Assembly (NCBI GenBank): GCA_963714095.1
Contig: OY970230.1
Span: 134,206-198,205, forward strand
Direction: 5' to 3'
Source: Candidatus Gottesmanbacteria bacterium
GTDB taxonomy: Bacteria; Patescibacteriota; Microgenomatia; UBA10105; UBA927
DNA: 64,000 nt
In this document: positions 1 to 10,481 of the stretch, piece by piece
How positions within the stretch are numbered: the stretch's first letter is position 1
Layout of the letters: each line of letters begins with the position of its first letter
Notes under the pieces: model-generated
Told to the model about the DNA's origin: nothing
Database searches by the model: none
What the model saw: the letters and a program-made list of their open reading frames with translations, nothing else
Position numbers and translations under genes: made by a program

Positions 1-1262
1 CCCCAATCCAGGTTACTGTCCATCAATATCCGGTACCGTGACTGCGCCTGGCCGGCAAATTCATTAACATACGAGATGTAATGCGGAAACGCCGTTCCCG
101 TCCCATAGGCAAACCAGATACAAAGAGTACCAACAAGAATTTTGCCGGCTGATCCTTTCAGACAGTACAAACTTTCAGACGCAACAACCGCAACAAACGG
201 AATTACCGGTAACATATACCGGACCCAGGGCTGAATATTTACCGCGGATATAAGTACCAATACCGCGAAAACCGGAATGGCAAACAGCGCAATCCGTCTG
301 CGGCGCCTCTGTGCACACAATCCGAGAATAAAAAATACCAATAGCGGAATGGGGACTTTTAACAGAAATGTCGTGACCATAAAATACCAGCGGGCAGACG
401 GATAAAACTGTCCCAAAAAAAAGATCTTTGGCTGACGCTGTGGCCTGATGACGGTATTTTTGATGACCGCAAGATAATTTCTAAGCGGCAACTTCTGTGT
501 TTCCGCGATCCGCAGAATTCCCGCGAGCGCCTTGTCGTTACGGGCAAGAGCGTACGCGTACAGGCGGCTCGATACCCTCCCGGCATCCTCACGGGATACT
601 ACAAGGACGTCTGAAGTGAAAAAATATGCTGCCCAAATGACGAATCCGGTTATACAAATAAAGAAAATGACATGAAAAATATTTGTGTATAATTTCTTGA
701 ACGCTTTTTTATACACCGATAATCCCGCAACGACTGTACTGATAACGAGAAACGGGATAGCAGTAATTTTTGAAGAGAACGCTAAACCCCAAGTAATGGC
801 AACGACACCCAGGCGCCGTATTGAATACCGCTCCATAAGCCGGACAAACGCCATGTAGGCAAGAAAAACAAACAGTGTTACACCGGTATCCAGCGTCACG
901 TAATGGCTGTTTGCCAGAAATGTGGGTTCCAGTGCCAGTAAAAACAGGGCAAAAACCGCCTGAGTGCGGCCGAAATACCGTTTGGTGAAAAAATACACGG
1001 CAATAAGCGTCAGCGCTCCGAAGAAAACGGTGACTGCACGCGGGGGCACAAGCGTACCCAGTCCCAGGACTGTAGGCAGCATGGCAAGCTCGCGGATAAG
1101 CGGCGGATTATTCGTGTCGATAAAAAACGTATGCCGGGTAAGTGCGTTCACACCTTCCTGCATGTGCACGATTTCGTCAAACGTCAGCGACTCCGCACGG
1201 GCACTTGCGAAAGATAACGCAATAAAAAGAAAAATGAGAATAACAGGCAACCATCGTTTCAT
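1..1262 (-). CDS. GT-C superfamily membrane glycosyltransferase (ArnT/PMT-like), partial; C-terminus lies beyond the window edge
   Basis: Absent from the ORF track because it has no in-window stop. Manual minus-strand translation from ATG 1262..1260 gives MKRWLPVILIFLFIALSFASARAESLTFDEIVHMQEG...ALEPTFLANSHYVTLD...DSNLDWG, continuous to nt 1. It is multi-TM with a first-loop FDE motif. Its start overlaps the stop of the upstream GT4 gene (TGATG). Confidence 0.6.
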   Translation of the reverse strand, partial: MKRWLPVILIFLFIALSFASARAESLTFDEIVHMQEGVNALTRHTFFIDTNNPPLIRELAMLPTVLGLGTLVPPRAVTVFFGALTLIAVYFFTKRYFGRTQAVFALFLLALEPTFLANSHYVTLDTGVTLFVFLAYMAFVRLMERYSIRRLGVVAITWGLAFSSKITAIPFLVISTVVAGLSVYKKAFKKLYTNIFHVIFFICITGFVIWAAYFFTSDVLVVSREDAGRVSSRLYAYALARNDKALAGILRIAETQKLPLRNYLAVIKNTVIRPQRQPKIFFLGQFYPSARWYFMVTTFLLKVPIPLLVFFILGLCAQRRRRRIALFAIPVFAVLVLISAVNIQPWVRYMLPVIPFVAVVASESLYCLKGSAGKILVGTLCIWFAYGTGTAFPHYISYVNEFAGQAQSRYRILMDSNLDW

Positions 1263-2395
1263 CAAAATAATGAGGTGTAGAGGGCAGCAAGTTTTTTTGC
1301 ACCTATCCGCGCATCGTGAACAGTTACCGCCCGATTACGGGCAGCTTGTCCGTACACGCTGCGTTTCCTGGGGCTCAGTATATAGCTTTTCAGTGCTTGT
1401 GCAAGTGCAGGGACATCTCCAGGATCAACCATGACACCGGCATCTCCGATATTTTCCGGTATTCCGCCGCTTCTTGTGGTGACAATCGGGAGACCCGCGG
1501 CCTGTGCCTCAAGGAGAGCCGTACAATACTGCTCCTCGTATGTCGGCGTGGGTTTACTCGGTGCGATAAACATATCCGCGCTGTTGTAGAACGCGTTCAT
1601 GTCCTCGTACAAAGCACTCGTATGGACGAAATGCCTGCTAAGCCCGTACTGCTCTTCTAAATCCAGTAATTTTCCCCGTTGACTCCCGTTTCCCACAAAA
1701 ACAAACGTGAGGAAATAGCGAGAAAGAGCCGGATCATGAATAAGTTTTTTTGCCGCCTCAACGATATCAAAAACTCCTTTATACCACTGGAGCCTTCCGG
1801 AAAATAAAATCGTCAGTCTCTTTTGTGCATGATTCCGGCGCAGGACCGAGTCTTTCGCAGGATAAAACACTTTTGTATCGATAAAATGGCTGATGACCGT
1901 AATTTTTTCGGGGTCTGCTCCCTCAAGAAGCAGGGCGGTTTTCGTTTTATTGGTAAGGGCAATAATGTGATCGAGTTCCCGTCTTGCCCTGGCTTTGTAC
2001 GCCCTGCGGCCGGGGATTCCTTCATTATTAAACGGGACATTTTCCAAAACCGTTGCGATGACTTTCTTCACATACCCTTTCTTTTTAGCGTTTAAACACT
2101 GCTGCGTATACCGGAAATACGTTTCAGCCGTATGCACGAGATCAAAACCTTTCAGATTCCCTTCCAAACCCCATAAATAATGCGCATCGACAAACAGCCT
2201 GTTTAGCAGAGGCATTTTATACGGGAAATCAGGAAGGTCCATGGGAGACGGAAGTTTGACCACGGGAAACGCGAACCTGTCATGGAAACTTGTCAGCGAG
2301 CCGAACGCAGTCATATCGAACGACTCCGTCAGCGGCTCGAAAAACTGCATCTCGTATTTGTTTAAAAATTTTCCGCGGACGACGGCAACTTTCAT
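1262..2395 (-). CDS. GT4-family (GT-B fold) glycosyltransferase
   Basis: C-terminal EX7E-type motif GLPIVTTRSGGIPENIGDAG typical of GT4. Translationally coupled with both neighbours. Confidence 0.7.
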   Translation of the reverse strand: MKVAVVRGKFLNKYEMQFFEPLTESFDMTAFGSLTSFHDRFAFPVVKLPSPMDLPDFPYKMPLLNRLFVDAHYLWGLEGNLKGFDLVHTAETYFRYTQQCLNAKKKGYVKKVIATVLENVPFNNEGIPGRRAYKARARRELDHIIALTNKTKTALLLEGADPEKITVISHFIDTKVFYPAKDSVLRRNHAQKRLTILFSGRLQWYKGVFDIVEAAKKLIHDPALSRYFLTFVFVGNGSQRGKLLDLEEQYGLSRHFVHTSALYEDMNAFYNSADMFIAPSKPTPTYEEQYCTALLEAQAAGLPIVTTRSGGIPENIGDAGVMVDPGDVPALAQALKSYILSPRKRSVYGQAARNRAVTVHDARIGAKKLAALYTSLF

Positions 2396-3975
2396 ATCTG
2401 CCCCACATTAAGCGCATCACGGATGTCGCGATACCATCGTAAAAATATATTTCCTTCATGTACCGACGTTTGCAGCGGCGACGGTATTGTCGTGTTGATA
2501 TCGGTTGTATTCTGTTTATGTATTTGTTTGGTAATAAGCCAGGCGTCATTGCCTCCGGCCGTGTATGTTTCAACACTCGCCGCACGTTTTAACCGTTCAA
2601 CCTGCTGCAATTCACCCGTGGTACAGACTCCGGCACAAACGAATATTGCTCGGGCAACACCGGGAAAAACGATACCGCGGGTCCAATCCGCCAGTTGCGT
2701 ATATCCGATCGGCTGCGACGGATGAAAAAAGTAATTCTCAAATACATCACCGGGGAAATTCATAACACCGATCGTCTCAAAAGGCGCCAGCTTGGTATTC
2801 ACTGCCCTGGCAACATCATATTTCCACAGCTGCTTTCTGACCTGCTGGATCTTTAAATAATTCACTGCGACACTAAAAACTATAATGATTGCAACCCAGA
2901 AACAGACCGCCCACGACTTTTTTTCTCTTCGCTCAAGCCACAGGCCGCCGGTCCAGGCAAAAAACGGAATAAAGTAATACAGAAAATAACTGTGTCCCCA
3001 CGTCGCAGTAGGGAGAAATATAAGATTTAAGAGCCCGAACAGAAAAAAGAAAATGAGGGTAATGTCCGGTAACTTCCAGGATTCCCTGTGACCGATGAGT
3101 TTGACGATATAGATACCGGATACAAAAGCGAACGGAGAAAAATAAAGAAAAATACGTATGAGGGATATTACCAATAGCCGGACCGGCCACACGGATAATC
3201 CTGTCAGTTCCGCCGTATAGGAACGTGACCAAATGGCAACGGATAGCTCCCCGAATCCTTTCTGTAAGGCCAATACGCCGAAAAGAAAACTCCCTAAACT
3301 GACGGCGGTCGCCGCAAGATACACAACAATTGCGGGGAGCACGCGCTTCCCGAGCTTCGTAAAGAAAAAAATAATAAAGGGAAATAACAGATATAACACA
3401 CCCCAGTCCGCAAGCCCGGAACATATAGTCGCGAAGAATATGGCAACAAGATACCGCGGCTTGGTATCCCGTGCAAAACAGAGAACGAAATAATAGACGA
3501 GAAGATTAAAAAATAGACTTGCCTGTTCAAACAACATGTATTTCCAGAAAAATCCCGTCATCGGAAATATACTCGCAAGCGCCAACGACCATAGTGCAAC
3601 GGATGGATTCCACAGTTTCTTTGCAATCACGTACACCATTACCATGCTGCCGGCGGCAAAGAGTATCTGCGGCACGTGAACGACCCAGTTGGCCGTGCCG
3701 AAAAGAAATACGGAAAGCGCTTCCAGCCAAAAGACGAGAATCGGGTGATGCAGATAATACGGGTCGCCCGGCATAAAATGCGCCCCGGCAAAATAGGTCG
3801 GGAAAAATTTAAGCGTGGCGAACCCGAAGCGCAGATAATTTTTCGCCGCCAAACTTAAATAATTATTGTTCGTGTTGTAAATACCTACAAACGGATACAT
3901 ACTTCCCCAAAGCCATAAGGCGGCTCCGATGAGGATAAGAAAAAGGACAATGCGTTTCTGCCACAATAACTTCAT
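2392..3975 (-). CDS. GT-C superfamily polytopic membrane glycosyltransferase (ArnT/PMT/YfhO-like)
   Basis: 527 aa with more than 10 predicted TM helices. Its architecture parallels the other three GT-C paralogs in the window. Confidence 0.55.
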   Translation of the reverse strand: MKLLWQKRIVLFLILIGAALWLWGSMYPFVGIYNTNNNYLSLAAKNYLRFGFATLKFFPTYFAGAHFMPGDPYYLHHPILVFWLEALSVFLFGTANWVVHVPQILFAAGSMVMVYVIAKKLWNPSVALWSLALASIFPMTGFFWKYMLFEQASLFFNLLVYYFVLCFARDTKPRYLVAIFFATICSGLADWGVLYLLFPFIIFFFTKLGKRVLPAIVVYLAATAVSLGSFLFGVLALQKGFGELSVAIWSRSYTAELTGLSVWPVRLLVISLIRIFLYFSPFAFVSGIYIVKLIGHRESWKLPDITLIFFFLFGLLNLIFLPTATWGHSYFLYYFIPFFAWTGGLWLERREKKSWAVCFWVAIIIVFSVAVNYLKIQQVRKQLWKYDVARAVNTKLAPFETIGVMNFPGDVFENYFFHPSQPIGYTQLADWTRGIVFPGVARAIFVCAGVCTTGELQQVERLKRAASVETYTAGGNDAWLITKQIHKQNTTDINTTIPSPLQTSVHEGNIFLRWYRDIRDALNVGQI

Positions 3976-5054
3976 GAGTCCGAAAGAATCCGATAGACGC
4001 TCTGCGCAAATGCAGCCCAGGTAAATTGTTTACTGCGCGCAGTTCCCATACCAGTTAATTTTTTCCGAAGAGCAGCTGATCCTGCAATCTCTGCAAGTGA
4101 ACGGGCGGCGGCGGCTTCATCGTCTTTAGCAAATACCAAGCCTGAATCCCCGACAATTTCGGGCAATGATCCGGTTTTTGCGTACGCAACCGGACACCCT
4201 GAACGCATAGCCTCTGTTGCCGGCAGACAAAATCCTTCCCAAAGCGATGTCAAAAGAAGCGCGTTCGCGCCGCGGTAGTACGAAGGCAACACACGGTCAG
4301 GAACGTACCCGACAAGCTTCACACGATCCCACAGGCCCAGCTTTTCTATGGCCTGAGGAATCATTTTGTCCGCCCAATAATCACCGCCGACTAAAAGGAA
4401 ATTATATTGTTTTTTGCTCAAATCCAAAAATTTTTTAAACGTTCGTATGGCAAACGGAATATTTTTCCCGCGCTTAAGCGCCCCAACATACAGGATGTAC
4501 GGATTTTTTTCCTTGTGCTTCGGGCCACTTCTGGTAAACCGCTGGTCGACGCCGGGATAGTTAACCGTCACCCTGTCATTGTCGACCTTGTACGTGCGGA
4601 TAATATCCGCTTTTGTGGATTTAGAAATTGTAACAATATGGTCGGATCGTTTTACCAGCTGCCTCGTCTGCATCTCAAGACGGGCAAGAGAGCCGGGATA
4701 CGCCCCTGGATACCGTAAAAATCCGAGGTCATACACAAAACCGATATTCCGCGCGGCTGAAAAAGGAATCATCTGGGACACCCCCAAAAATACATCCACA
4801 GGATTCCGCCGAAGCTCAATAGGTAGTTGAATCATCGACCAGCCTATCACGGGGCGCACAACCACATTTTTCATCCGCGGCCCGAACTCTTTCATTTGCG
4901 CGGGATGAATGGGTAAAAAGGTGTAGAGTCGGTATTCATTTTTTTTATCAATTTTACCGAGTTCGCGCAGAAGATTCACCGTCACACGATATACGCCGAC
5001 TCTCAACCTATCATCCCGAATGGACAATGCTCCCGCATCAACACCGATAATCAT
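3972..5054 (-). CDS. GT4-family glycosyltransferase
   Basis: Motif EGFCLPATEAMRSGCPVAYAKTGSLPEIVGDSG (GT4 E..E signature). Confidence 0.7.
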   Translation of the reverse strand: MIIGVDAGALSIRDDRLRVGVYRVTVNLLRELGKIDKKNEYRLYTFLPIHPAQMKEFGPRMKNVVVRPVIGWSMIQLPIELRRNPVDVFLGVSQMIPFSAARNIGFVYDLGFLRYPGAYPGSLARLEMQTRQLVKRSDHIVTISKSTKADIIRTYKVDNDRVTVNYPGVDQRFTRSGPKHKEKNPYILYVGALKRGKNIPFAIRTFKKFLDLSKKQYNFLLVGGDYWADKMIPQAIEKLGLWDRVKLVGYVPDRVLPSYYRGANALLLTSLWEGFCLPATEAMRSGCPVAYAKTGSLPEIVGDSGLVFAKDDEAAAARSLAEIAGSAALRKKLTGMGTARSKQFTWAAFAQSVYRILSDS

Positions 5055-6202
5055 AAGGTTTGAAGAGACTGAATAAATTTCTTTGCTTGAATTTTGATAT
5101 TGAACCTGTCTATTATATTCTCTCGTGCTTGCCTCTTCAACTCAGCCATCTTAGATTTATGAGCATAAAGGTCTTCAATACGTCTACTAATAGCTGTTAT
5201 ATCAAATTGCCTATAAAGAAAACCGTTTACACCATTCTTAACAATTTCAGGATTACCACCCATTCTGCTGGTTACAACAACCTTTCCCATCGATTGTGCC
5301 TCTAATATAGCCAATGGGAGACCTTCAAAATGACGCGTGGGCAAAAATAATATATCGATACTACCTAAATATTTACGAACGTCCTCAAGAAATCCGGAAC
5401 ACGTATAATTTTGTGCAATATTAAACTTCTTTAGAGTTTTTTGGAGCCAAGAATAATAGGGTCCATCCCCAATAACAATAAAATGGTAATTCGTATTCTT
5501 ATGAATAAGCCGGCGCGATACATCAACAAAATCTTCTATTCCTTTTTCATTCGTCACTGTTCCTAAAAAACCAACGACGAACGCCTTCGGTTGAATATGC
5601 AGACGCCTTCGTATAGTTTGTATTTGAATGTGACTCAGCGGCTTGAATGCATTTGTATCAATACCGACATACAGAGGAATAATTTTATGCACAGATAGTC
5701 CTCCACGAACAAGATCTTGCTTCGTGTCTTTAGAAATCGTTAAAATTTTGCAAACGAATAAACTCGCTGCCTTATAAAGAAATGTAACGACTTTGGAAGT
5801 TTGCGTAGCGTAAATTGGTCCTAACTCAGTCCAAATTATCTTATAACCAAATAACCTAAGTAATGGAGTAAGAAATATTTTTTCTGTCATCGATTGTAAG
5901 CAAATAACATCAAAACGTACACCGTTTTCACGTTGATGAATGAGTGAAATATATCGGGGAAGAATAATTGGAAGCCGTACAAGAACAACCAATAGTTGTC
6001 TTTTTGTTCCAATCCCTTCTGCACCCCAGGAAATAACCGTCGTAGTTACACCGAATCGTGATGCGCGTCTCGCAAATAAAGCTAAATTAGTCAAAAAATA
6101 TGTCTTTACCGACCGATAGTTACGAAACTCCGAAAACAAATTAATATCGTACGTTTCGGAGCCGCTGAACCTATCCGCGTTTCTAATAAATAAAATTTTC
6201 AT
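5051..6202 (-). CDS. GT4-family glycosyltransferase
   Basis: Motif FEGLPLAILEAQSMGKVVVTSRMGGNPEIV. Confidence 0.7.
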   Translation of the reverse strand: MKILFIRNADRFSGSETYDINLFSEFRNYRSVKTYFLTNLALFARRASRFGVTTTVISWGAEGIGTKRQLLVVLVRLPIILPRYISLIHQRENGVRFDVICLQSMTEKIFLTPLLRLFGYKIIWTELGPIYATQTSKVVTFLYKAASLFVCKILTISKDTKQDLVRGGLSVHKIIPLYVGIDTNAFKPLSHIQIQTIRRRLHIQPKAFVVGFLGTVTNEKGIEDFVDVSRRLIHKNTNYHFIVIGDGPYYSWLQKTLKKFNIAQNYTCSGFLEDVRKYLGSIDILFLPTRHFEGLPLAILEAQSMGKVVVTSRMGGNPEIVKNGVNGFLYRQFDITAISRRIEDLYAHKSKMAELKRQARENIIDRFNIKIQAKKFIQSLQTL

Positions 6203-6208
6203 TAAAAA

Positions 6209-6874
6209 TTACTGCTTTTTTGCTACAACAATGTAGTTAATAACGCTGTACTGAGATTTAGTAAAACGTCCAGGCAAACTTGAAAAACCCTTCATCAACA
6301 ATAGGATACCTAGCTGTAGAAGTCGTTTGGGGTATTTAAGGAAAAAACGATTAAATGTGGGTTCAAGATAAGAAATTGTCTCTTGCCCGATTGAAGTAAT
6401 CCAATTTCCTTCACTTCGAATATAGACGATCCTAAAGTTCGCTTTCTTAACCATATATTCGAGACCAAATTTTGTGTACCGGTAATAATCATAAGGAACT
6501 TCATGCAAATATCCCGTAAACGGCGCCGTTAAAATAAGAATGCCGTTTTTATTAAGTATCTTGTTTATTTTATTTAAAAACTGCTGTGGATCGGGCGTAT
6601 GCTCGAGAACTTGCGTACACAGTACTGTGTCATATGATTTTGAATGGAATGGATATCGTAAAAAGTCCTTTTTAATATCAGCAGCAGCACTATGTTTATC
6701 TATACCCGTATAGGAAATAACCTTTGACATAAATATTGACTTATATGGCATGAGTCCACAACCAACGTCTAATAATGAACCTCGAGTGTAACGCGAAGCT
6801 TTTTGCAAAGCATCCCACTGCAAGTCTTTAATAATTTTATCAGGCGAAAAAATTCCTACATTCGGATTGGACAT
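6209..6874 (-). CDS. class I SAM-dependent methyltransferase
   Basis: Motif I LLDVGCGLMPY and motif-II/III-like ILILTAPF. Confidence 0.55.
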   Translation of the reverse strand: MSNPNVGIFSPDKIIKDLQWDALQKASRYTRGSLLDVGCGLMPYKSIFMSKVISYTGIDKHSAAADIKKDFLRYPFHSKSYDTVLCTQVLEHTPDPQQFLNKINKILNKNGILILTAPFTGYLHEVPYDYYRYTKFGLEYMVKKANFRIVYIRSEGNWITSIGQETISYLEPTFNRFFLKYPKRLLQLGILLLMKGFSSLPGRFTKSQYSVINYIVVAKKQ

Positions 6875-6875
6875 A

Positions 6876-8150
6876 TCAACTCAGAAGATTTTTGGCAGGA
6901 GCGGTTTTCATTAACTTCCATAAAATAATAAAATAGCTAATGGATGTTAGTGCTTCCGTTATAACAGTTGAAACACTTGTTCCCAAATAGCTAAATTGTG
7001 GAATAACAAATAAATTCACAACGAAATTAAATATGAGCGAAATAATCAATACCCCTAATATCCATTTAACTTTTGAAAATGACAAAAACAAAAAATAGAA
7101 GATGTTATTCAAAAATACTAGTGGTAAAGCAAAAATTAAGATTCGGAAAGGCAATATACTTGCAACGAAGCTCTTTCCACCAAGAATAGCAATTGCTAGA
7201 GGCGAAGCGATATACCCTACAACAAGTGTTATTAAAGAAAATAGTACAAGAATAATAAGCGATGTTTTTATAATCATCTTTAAATTTTTTACTTCTTCTT
7301 TATGAATATAGCCGGCCATTAAAGGATATGCACTCGCCATATAGAACGCCCAGAGCATAATAACGTTATCGAACAATTTATATGCAAGACTATATATGCC
7401 AACATCAACCGTTGTTTTCATCACGGAAAGCATCAATGTATCGACATTAAAATATAACATTGCTAATAAGGATGTTATACCAACGGGAAATGAAACTTTG
7501 ACCACCTTTTTAAATAATTGCAAGGAAGGTTTTAATGTTATCTGATAAAAATCTGGTGCTAAGTAAATATTTAATAGTGTACTCACCATATTCCCTATGA
7601 GAACTGCAAGAATAATTGCGTATAGCCCCCAATGCAACAAAACAAATATAACGATCGCAACTACCGTTACGATTCGATTGATTATTTCCAGAAGTGCTAC
7701 AAGATCAAGTTTAACCTTTGACTGAAATACAGACGCCCCATATGCATTCATCTGACCAACCCCGACAGCAAGAGAGCCAACAAGAATAGCCATCTTTATT
7801 GTTTGTGAGTAAGGGAAAAATATGAGTGCGACAAGAGCTAATAATATTGAAATAACGGTAAAAATTATTTTAAGTGAAAAATATGTAGATTTTAAATCAT
7901 TCGATGACTTTAAATCATCCGACAAATCACGAACCAATGTAAGTTGAAGTCCAAAATCGGCGAACGTAGCAAAAAAAGCGAGATAGGCAAATACAAGATT
8001 ATATATTCCGTACTGCGCAACACCTAAATATCTTGTTAAAAGTCCCACCGTAAGAAACCCAAGGATGACCGTTGTCGCCTTAGCGACAATCTGACTTGAT
8101 GTGTTAACAAATATCCTGTGAAATACGTTGCTACTATTCATTATAGCCAC
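6876..8150 (-). CDS. polysaccharide/oligosaccharide flippase (Wzx-like, MOP superfamily)
   Basis: 424 aa, about 12 TM helices, Wzx-like hydrophobic profile. Sits in a glycosyltransferase operon. Confidence 0.55.
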   Translation of the reverse strand: MAIMNSSNVFHRIFVNTSSQIVAKATTVILGFLTVGLLTRYLGVAQYGIYNLVFAYLAFFATFADFGLQLTLVRDLSDDLKSSNDLKSTYFSLKIIFTVISILLALVALIFFPYSQTIKMAILVGSLAVGVGQMNAYGASVFQSKVKLDLVALLEIINRIVTVVAIVIFVLLHWGLYAIILAVLIGNMVSTLLNIYLAPDFYQITLKPSLQLFKKVVKVSFPVGITSLLAMLYFNVDTLMLSVMKTTVDVGIYSLAYKLFDNVIMLWAFYMASAYPLMAGYIHKEEVKNLKMIIKTSLIILVLFSLITLVVGYIASPLAIAILGGKSFVASILPFRILIFALPLVFLNNIFYFLFLSFSKVKWILGVLIISLIFNFVVNLFVIPQFSYLGTSVSTVITEALTSISYFIILWKLMKTAPAKNLLS

Positions 8151-8329
8151 ATGCCTCTTGTTAGTTATATCATTTTTGAAGCTACAATGCGAAAATCATA
8201 ATCAAACACCTGTTTCACTTTAGAAATCCTACTCGCACTGTAAACTTACATTTACGTCTGTAATTTTGATGAACAGAAGACGAACGAAGATATTCTCCGC
8301 TGATCCCAGTATAATACGGGTAAAGCTGT

Positions 8330-9790
8330 ATGAAATCTTTCGTGTGGAAGCACCGGATAGCATTTTTATTTTGTCTATTTTTATTCCTCAGACTTTTGCT
8401 TCTTTTCCGTTATCCACCGTTTTCCGATGAATCGATTTATGTCCGTTGGGGCCAGCTGATGGTTCAAAACCCTATGATGCGGTGGGCTTCGATACACTAC
8501 GTGTCCCGTCAACCGCTTGCCTTCTGGATTTTCGGTATTGGTTCACATATATTCGGTACCCCGTTCATCGGCGCACGATTAGCTGTGCTTATTATAAATG
8601 CGATCTCGTTTTTCTTCTTCGCGGACTGGGTCAGTCACATAGTAAATGAAAAGATATCGGTCATTGCGCTTTTCTTATTTGCTGTCACGCCGATTTTTGT
8701 TTTCTTCCAAACAGTCGCACTCATGGACGGGCTACTGGTCACCGCAATGGTTCTCCTTCTGTGGTCGCTATCGCGTAAGAATATTGTCGTAACCGCTTTC
8801 TCACTGGCAGTATCGCTCTGGATCAAATCAACGGGACTCATCATGGCGCTCGTGGCCATGGGCGCCATTACGTACGCCGACCGGAAACACCCCTTCACGG
8901 CGCTTCTCCGTATCGGTCTCTGCATGGGTATTACTGTCATCCTATTGTTACCGCTGCTTCTTCGCCCTGACCGATCATTTCTGTTCGCCGAACCGCATTC
9001 TTTTACGTATTCCATTCGTGAACTATTCACATTCCCATTTCCCATATGGGTAAGAAACATCGGGATAGTAGTTTTTGCTCTCCTCGTATATGTAAATCCG
9101 CTCTACCCCATCGCTATTTTTTTCAGTCGGAATCAGCTTCCCCGACGCTACTTTTATTTCCTCCTCTATTTCACACTCGCGACCGCCGGTATTGTGATTC
9201 TGACCGGAAAGTTATTTACGACACGGTATGTACTCATCTGTCTCGTGCCGCTTCTTCCGCTCCTTGCATCTGGAATCTATGATCTCTGGGTGAAAAAACG
9301 TCGGCTCATCGTCATCATGACATTAACTTTCCCTGCAATCTTTTCCGGGATCCTCATACTCAATGCTCGGTGGTATTTCTGGCTGTTTCCCGATCACACG
9401 CCCCTCACGCAAGAACGTAATTACGCGTATTATTGGACGTCTGGCTACGCATCTTCCGATGCCGCACGGTATATCCGTTCAAACATTTCACATGGGACGC
9501 CCGTTCTCCTGGCCGTTGCTGACACGCCGGACAACCCCTCAGATTATATTCTTGCAACATTTTATTCCAGCAGAACAATCGCCGTCATCTTTCTCAACTC
9601 GCAGGAAGATCTTAAAAACCAGGCGAAACTTATTCAAACGTATCCCACGTACTATATCGTGCGACGCGACACATCACCGCCGTTTCTTTTGCCGTATCTT
9701 ACTGAAGTAAAAAAATTTCCTACCCCGGATGGTGCCGATTTTGTTGGAATATATGCGGTGCAGATTCCGAATAACGATGTTCAACGTTAG
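8330..9790 (+). CDS. GT-C superfamily polytopic membrane glycosyltransferase
   Basis: 486 aa multi-TM protein. N-terminal loop carries a DE-type motif (PPFSDESIYVRWGQ). A TATAAT -10 box lies at about 8304. Confidence 0.55.
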   Translation: MKSFVWKHRIAFLFCLFLFLRLLLLFRYPPFSDESIYVRWGQLMVQNPMMRWASIHYVSRQPLAFWIFGIGSHIFGTPFIGARLAVLIINAISFFFFADWVSHIVNEKISVIALFLFAVTPIFVFFQTVALMDGLLVTAMVLLLWSLSRKNIVVTAFSLAVSLWIKSTGLIMALVAMGAITYADRKHPFTALLRIGLCMGITVILLLPLLLRPDRSFLFAEPHSFTYSIRELFTFPFPIWVRNIGIVVFALLVYVNPLYPIAIFFSRNQLPRRYFYFLLYFTLATAGIVILTGKLFTTRYVLICLVPLLPLLASGIYDLWVKKRRLIVIMTLTFPAIFSGILILNARWYFWLFPDHTPLTQERNYAYYWTSGYASSDAARYIRSNISHGTPVLLAVADTPDNPSDYILATFYSSRTIAVIFLNSQEDLKNQAKLIQTYPTYYIVRRDTSPPFLLPYLTEVKKFPTPDGADFVGIYAVQIPNNDVQR

Positions 9791-9792
9791 TG

Positions 9793-9865
9793 TGGGCGGT
9801 ATAGGACTTGAACCTATGACCTTTTCAATGTCAATGAAACGCTCTACCAGCTGAGCTAACCGCCC
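9793..9865 (-). tRNA. tRNA-Val (anticodon GAC)
   Basis: Manual fold of the reverse complement GGGCGGTTAGCTCAGCTGGTAGAGCGTTTCATTGACATTGAAAAGGTCATAGGTTCAAGTCCTATACCGCCCA. It has a 7-bp acceptor stem, a GCTC/GAGC D stem, anticodon loop TTGACAT and T-loop TTCAAGT. CCA is not encoded. Confidence 0.85.
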
Positions 9866-9912
9866 ATATTTCCTTCCTTGACGGTATTTATTATATCACG
9901 TAGACTTGATGT

Positions 9913-10479
9913 ATGAATTGGATCAAACGGGCATTCACTTCTATATTCGATTTTTTGCAGGGAATCGTCGTCGTACTTGCCCTACTCGTTATGGTGTACC
10001 TCTTCATTATGTCCCCCCAGGAAATTCAGGGTTCTTCTATGGAACCGAACTTTCATGATGGTGAATATATCCTCACCAATAAAATTTTATATAAATTCCG
10101 CGACCCGGTACGGGGTGACGTCGTCATTCTCAAATCCCCGATGAATAAAGAGATTGACTACATCAAGCGTGTCATCGGTCTTCCGGGCGACACAGTGTCA
10201 GTCCATGATAACGCGCTTTGGATAAACGGCGAAAAACTTGTCGAGCCGTATCTGGCGCCCGATACACAAATTTTCGGCGGCACATTCCTTCCGGAGGGGC
10301 AAACCATCACTGTCCCGCCGGATAATTATTTTGTCTGCGGAGACAACAGGGCACACAGTTCCGATTCCCGCGAGTTCGGGACCATTGCAAAAGGGGATCT
10401 TATCGGGGTTGCGATTTTCCGCTATTATCCGTTCTCACTGATGGGACCCATCACCCGTCCCACGTATTCGATGCCGTAG
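9913..10479 (+). CDS. lepB: signal peptidase I
   Basis: Catalytic Ser box GSSMEPNF, Lys box KRVIGLPGD, and GDNRAHSSDSREFG. Confidence 0.85.
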   Translation: MNWIKRAFTSIFDFLQGIVVVLALLVMVYLFIMSPQEIQGSSMEPNFHDGEYILTNKILYKFRDPVRGDVVILKSPMNKEIDYIKRVIGLPGDTVSVHDNALWINGEKLVEPYLAPDTQIFGGTFLPEGQTITVPPDNYFVCGDNRAHSSDSREFGTIAKGDLIGVAIFRYYPFSLMGPITRPTYSMP

Positions 10480-10481
10480 CA

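Noticed and set aside
359-592. 77-aa minus-strand ORF from the track, and similar short ORFs at 964..1434, 1316..1660 and others
   Set aside because: They lie inside or antisense to the manually recovered GT-C gene (1..1262) and the GT4 gene, and have no motifs. They are spurious overlapping frames.
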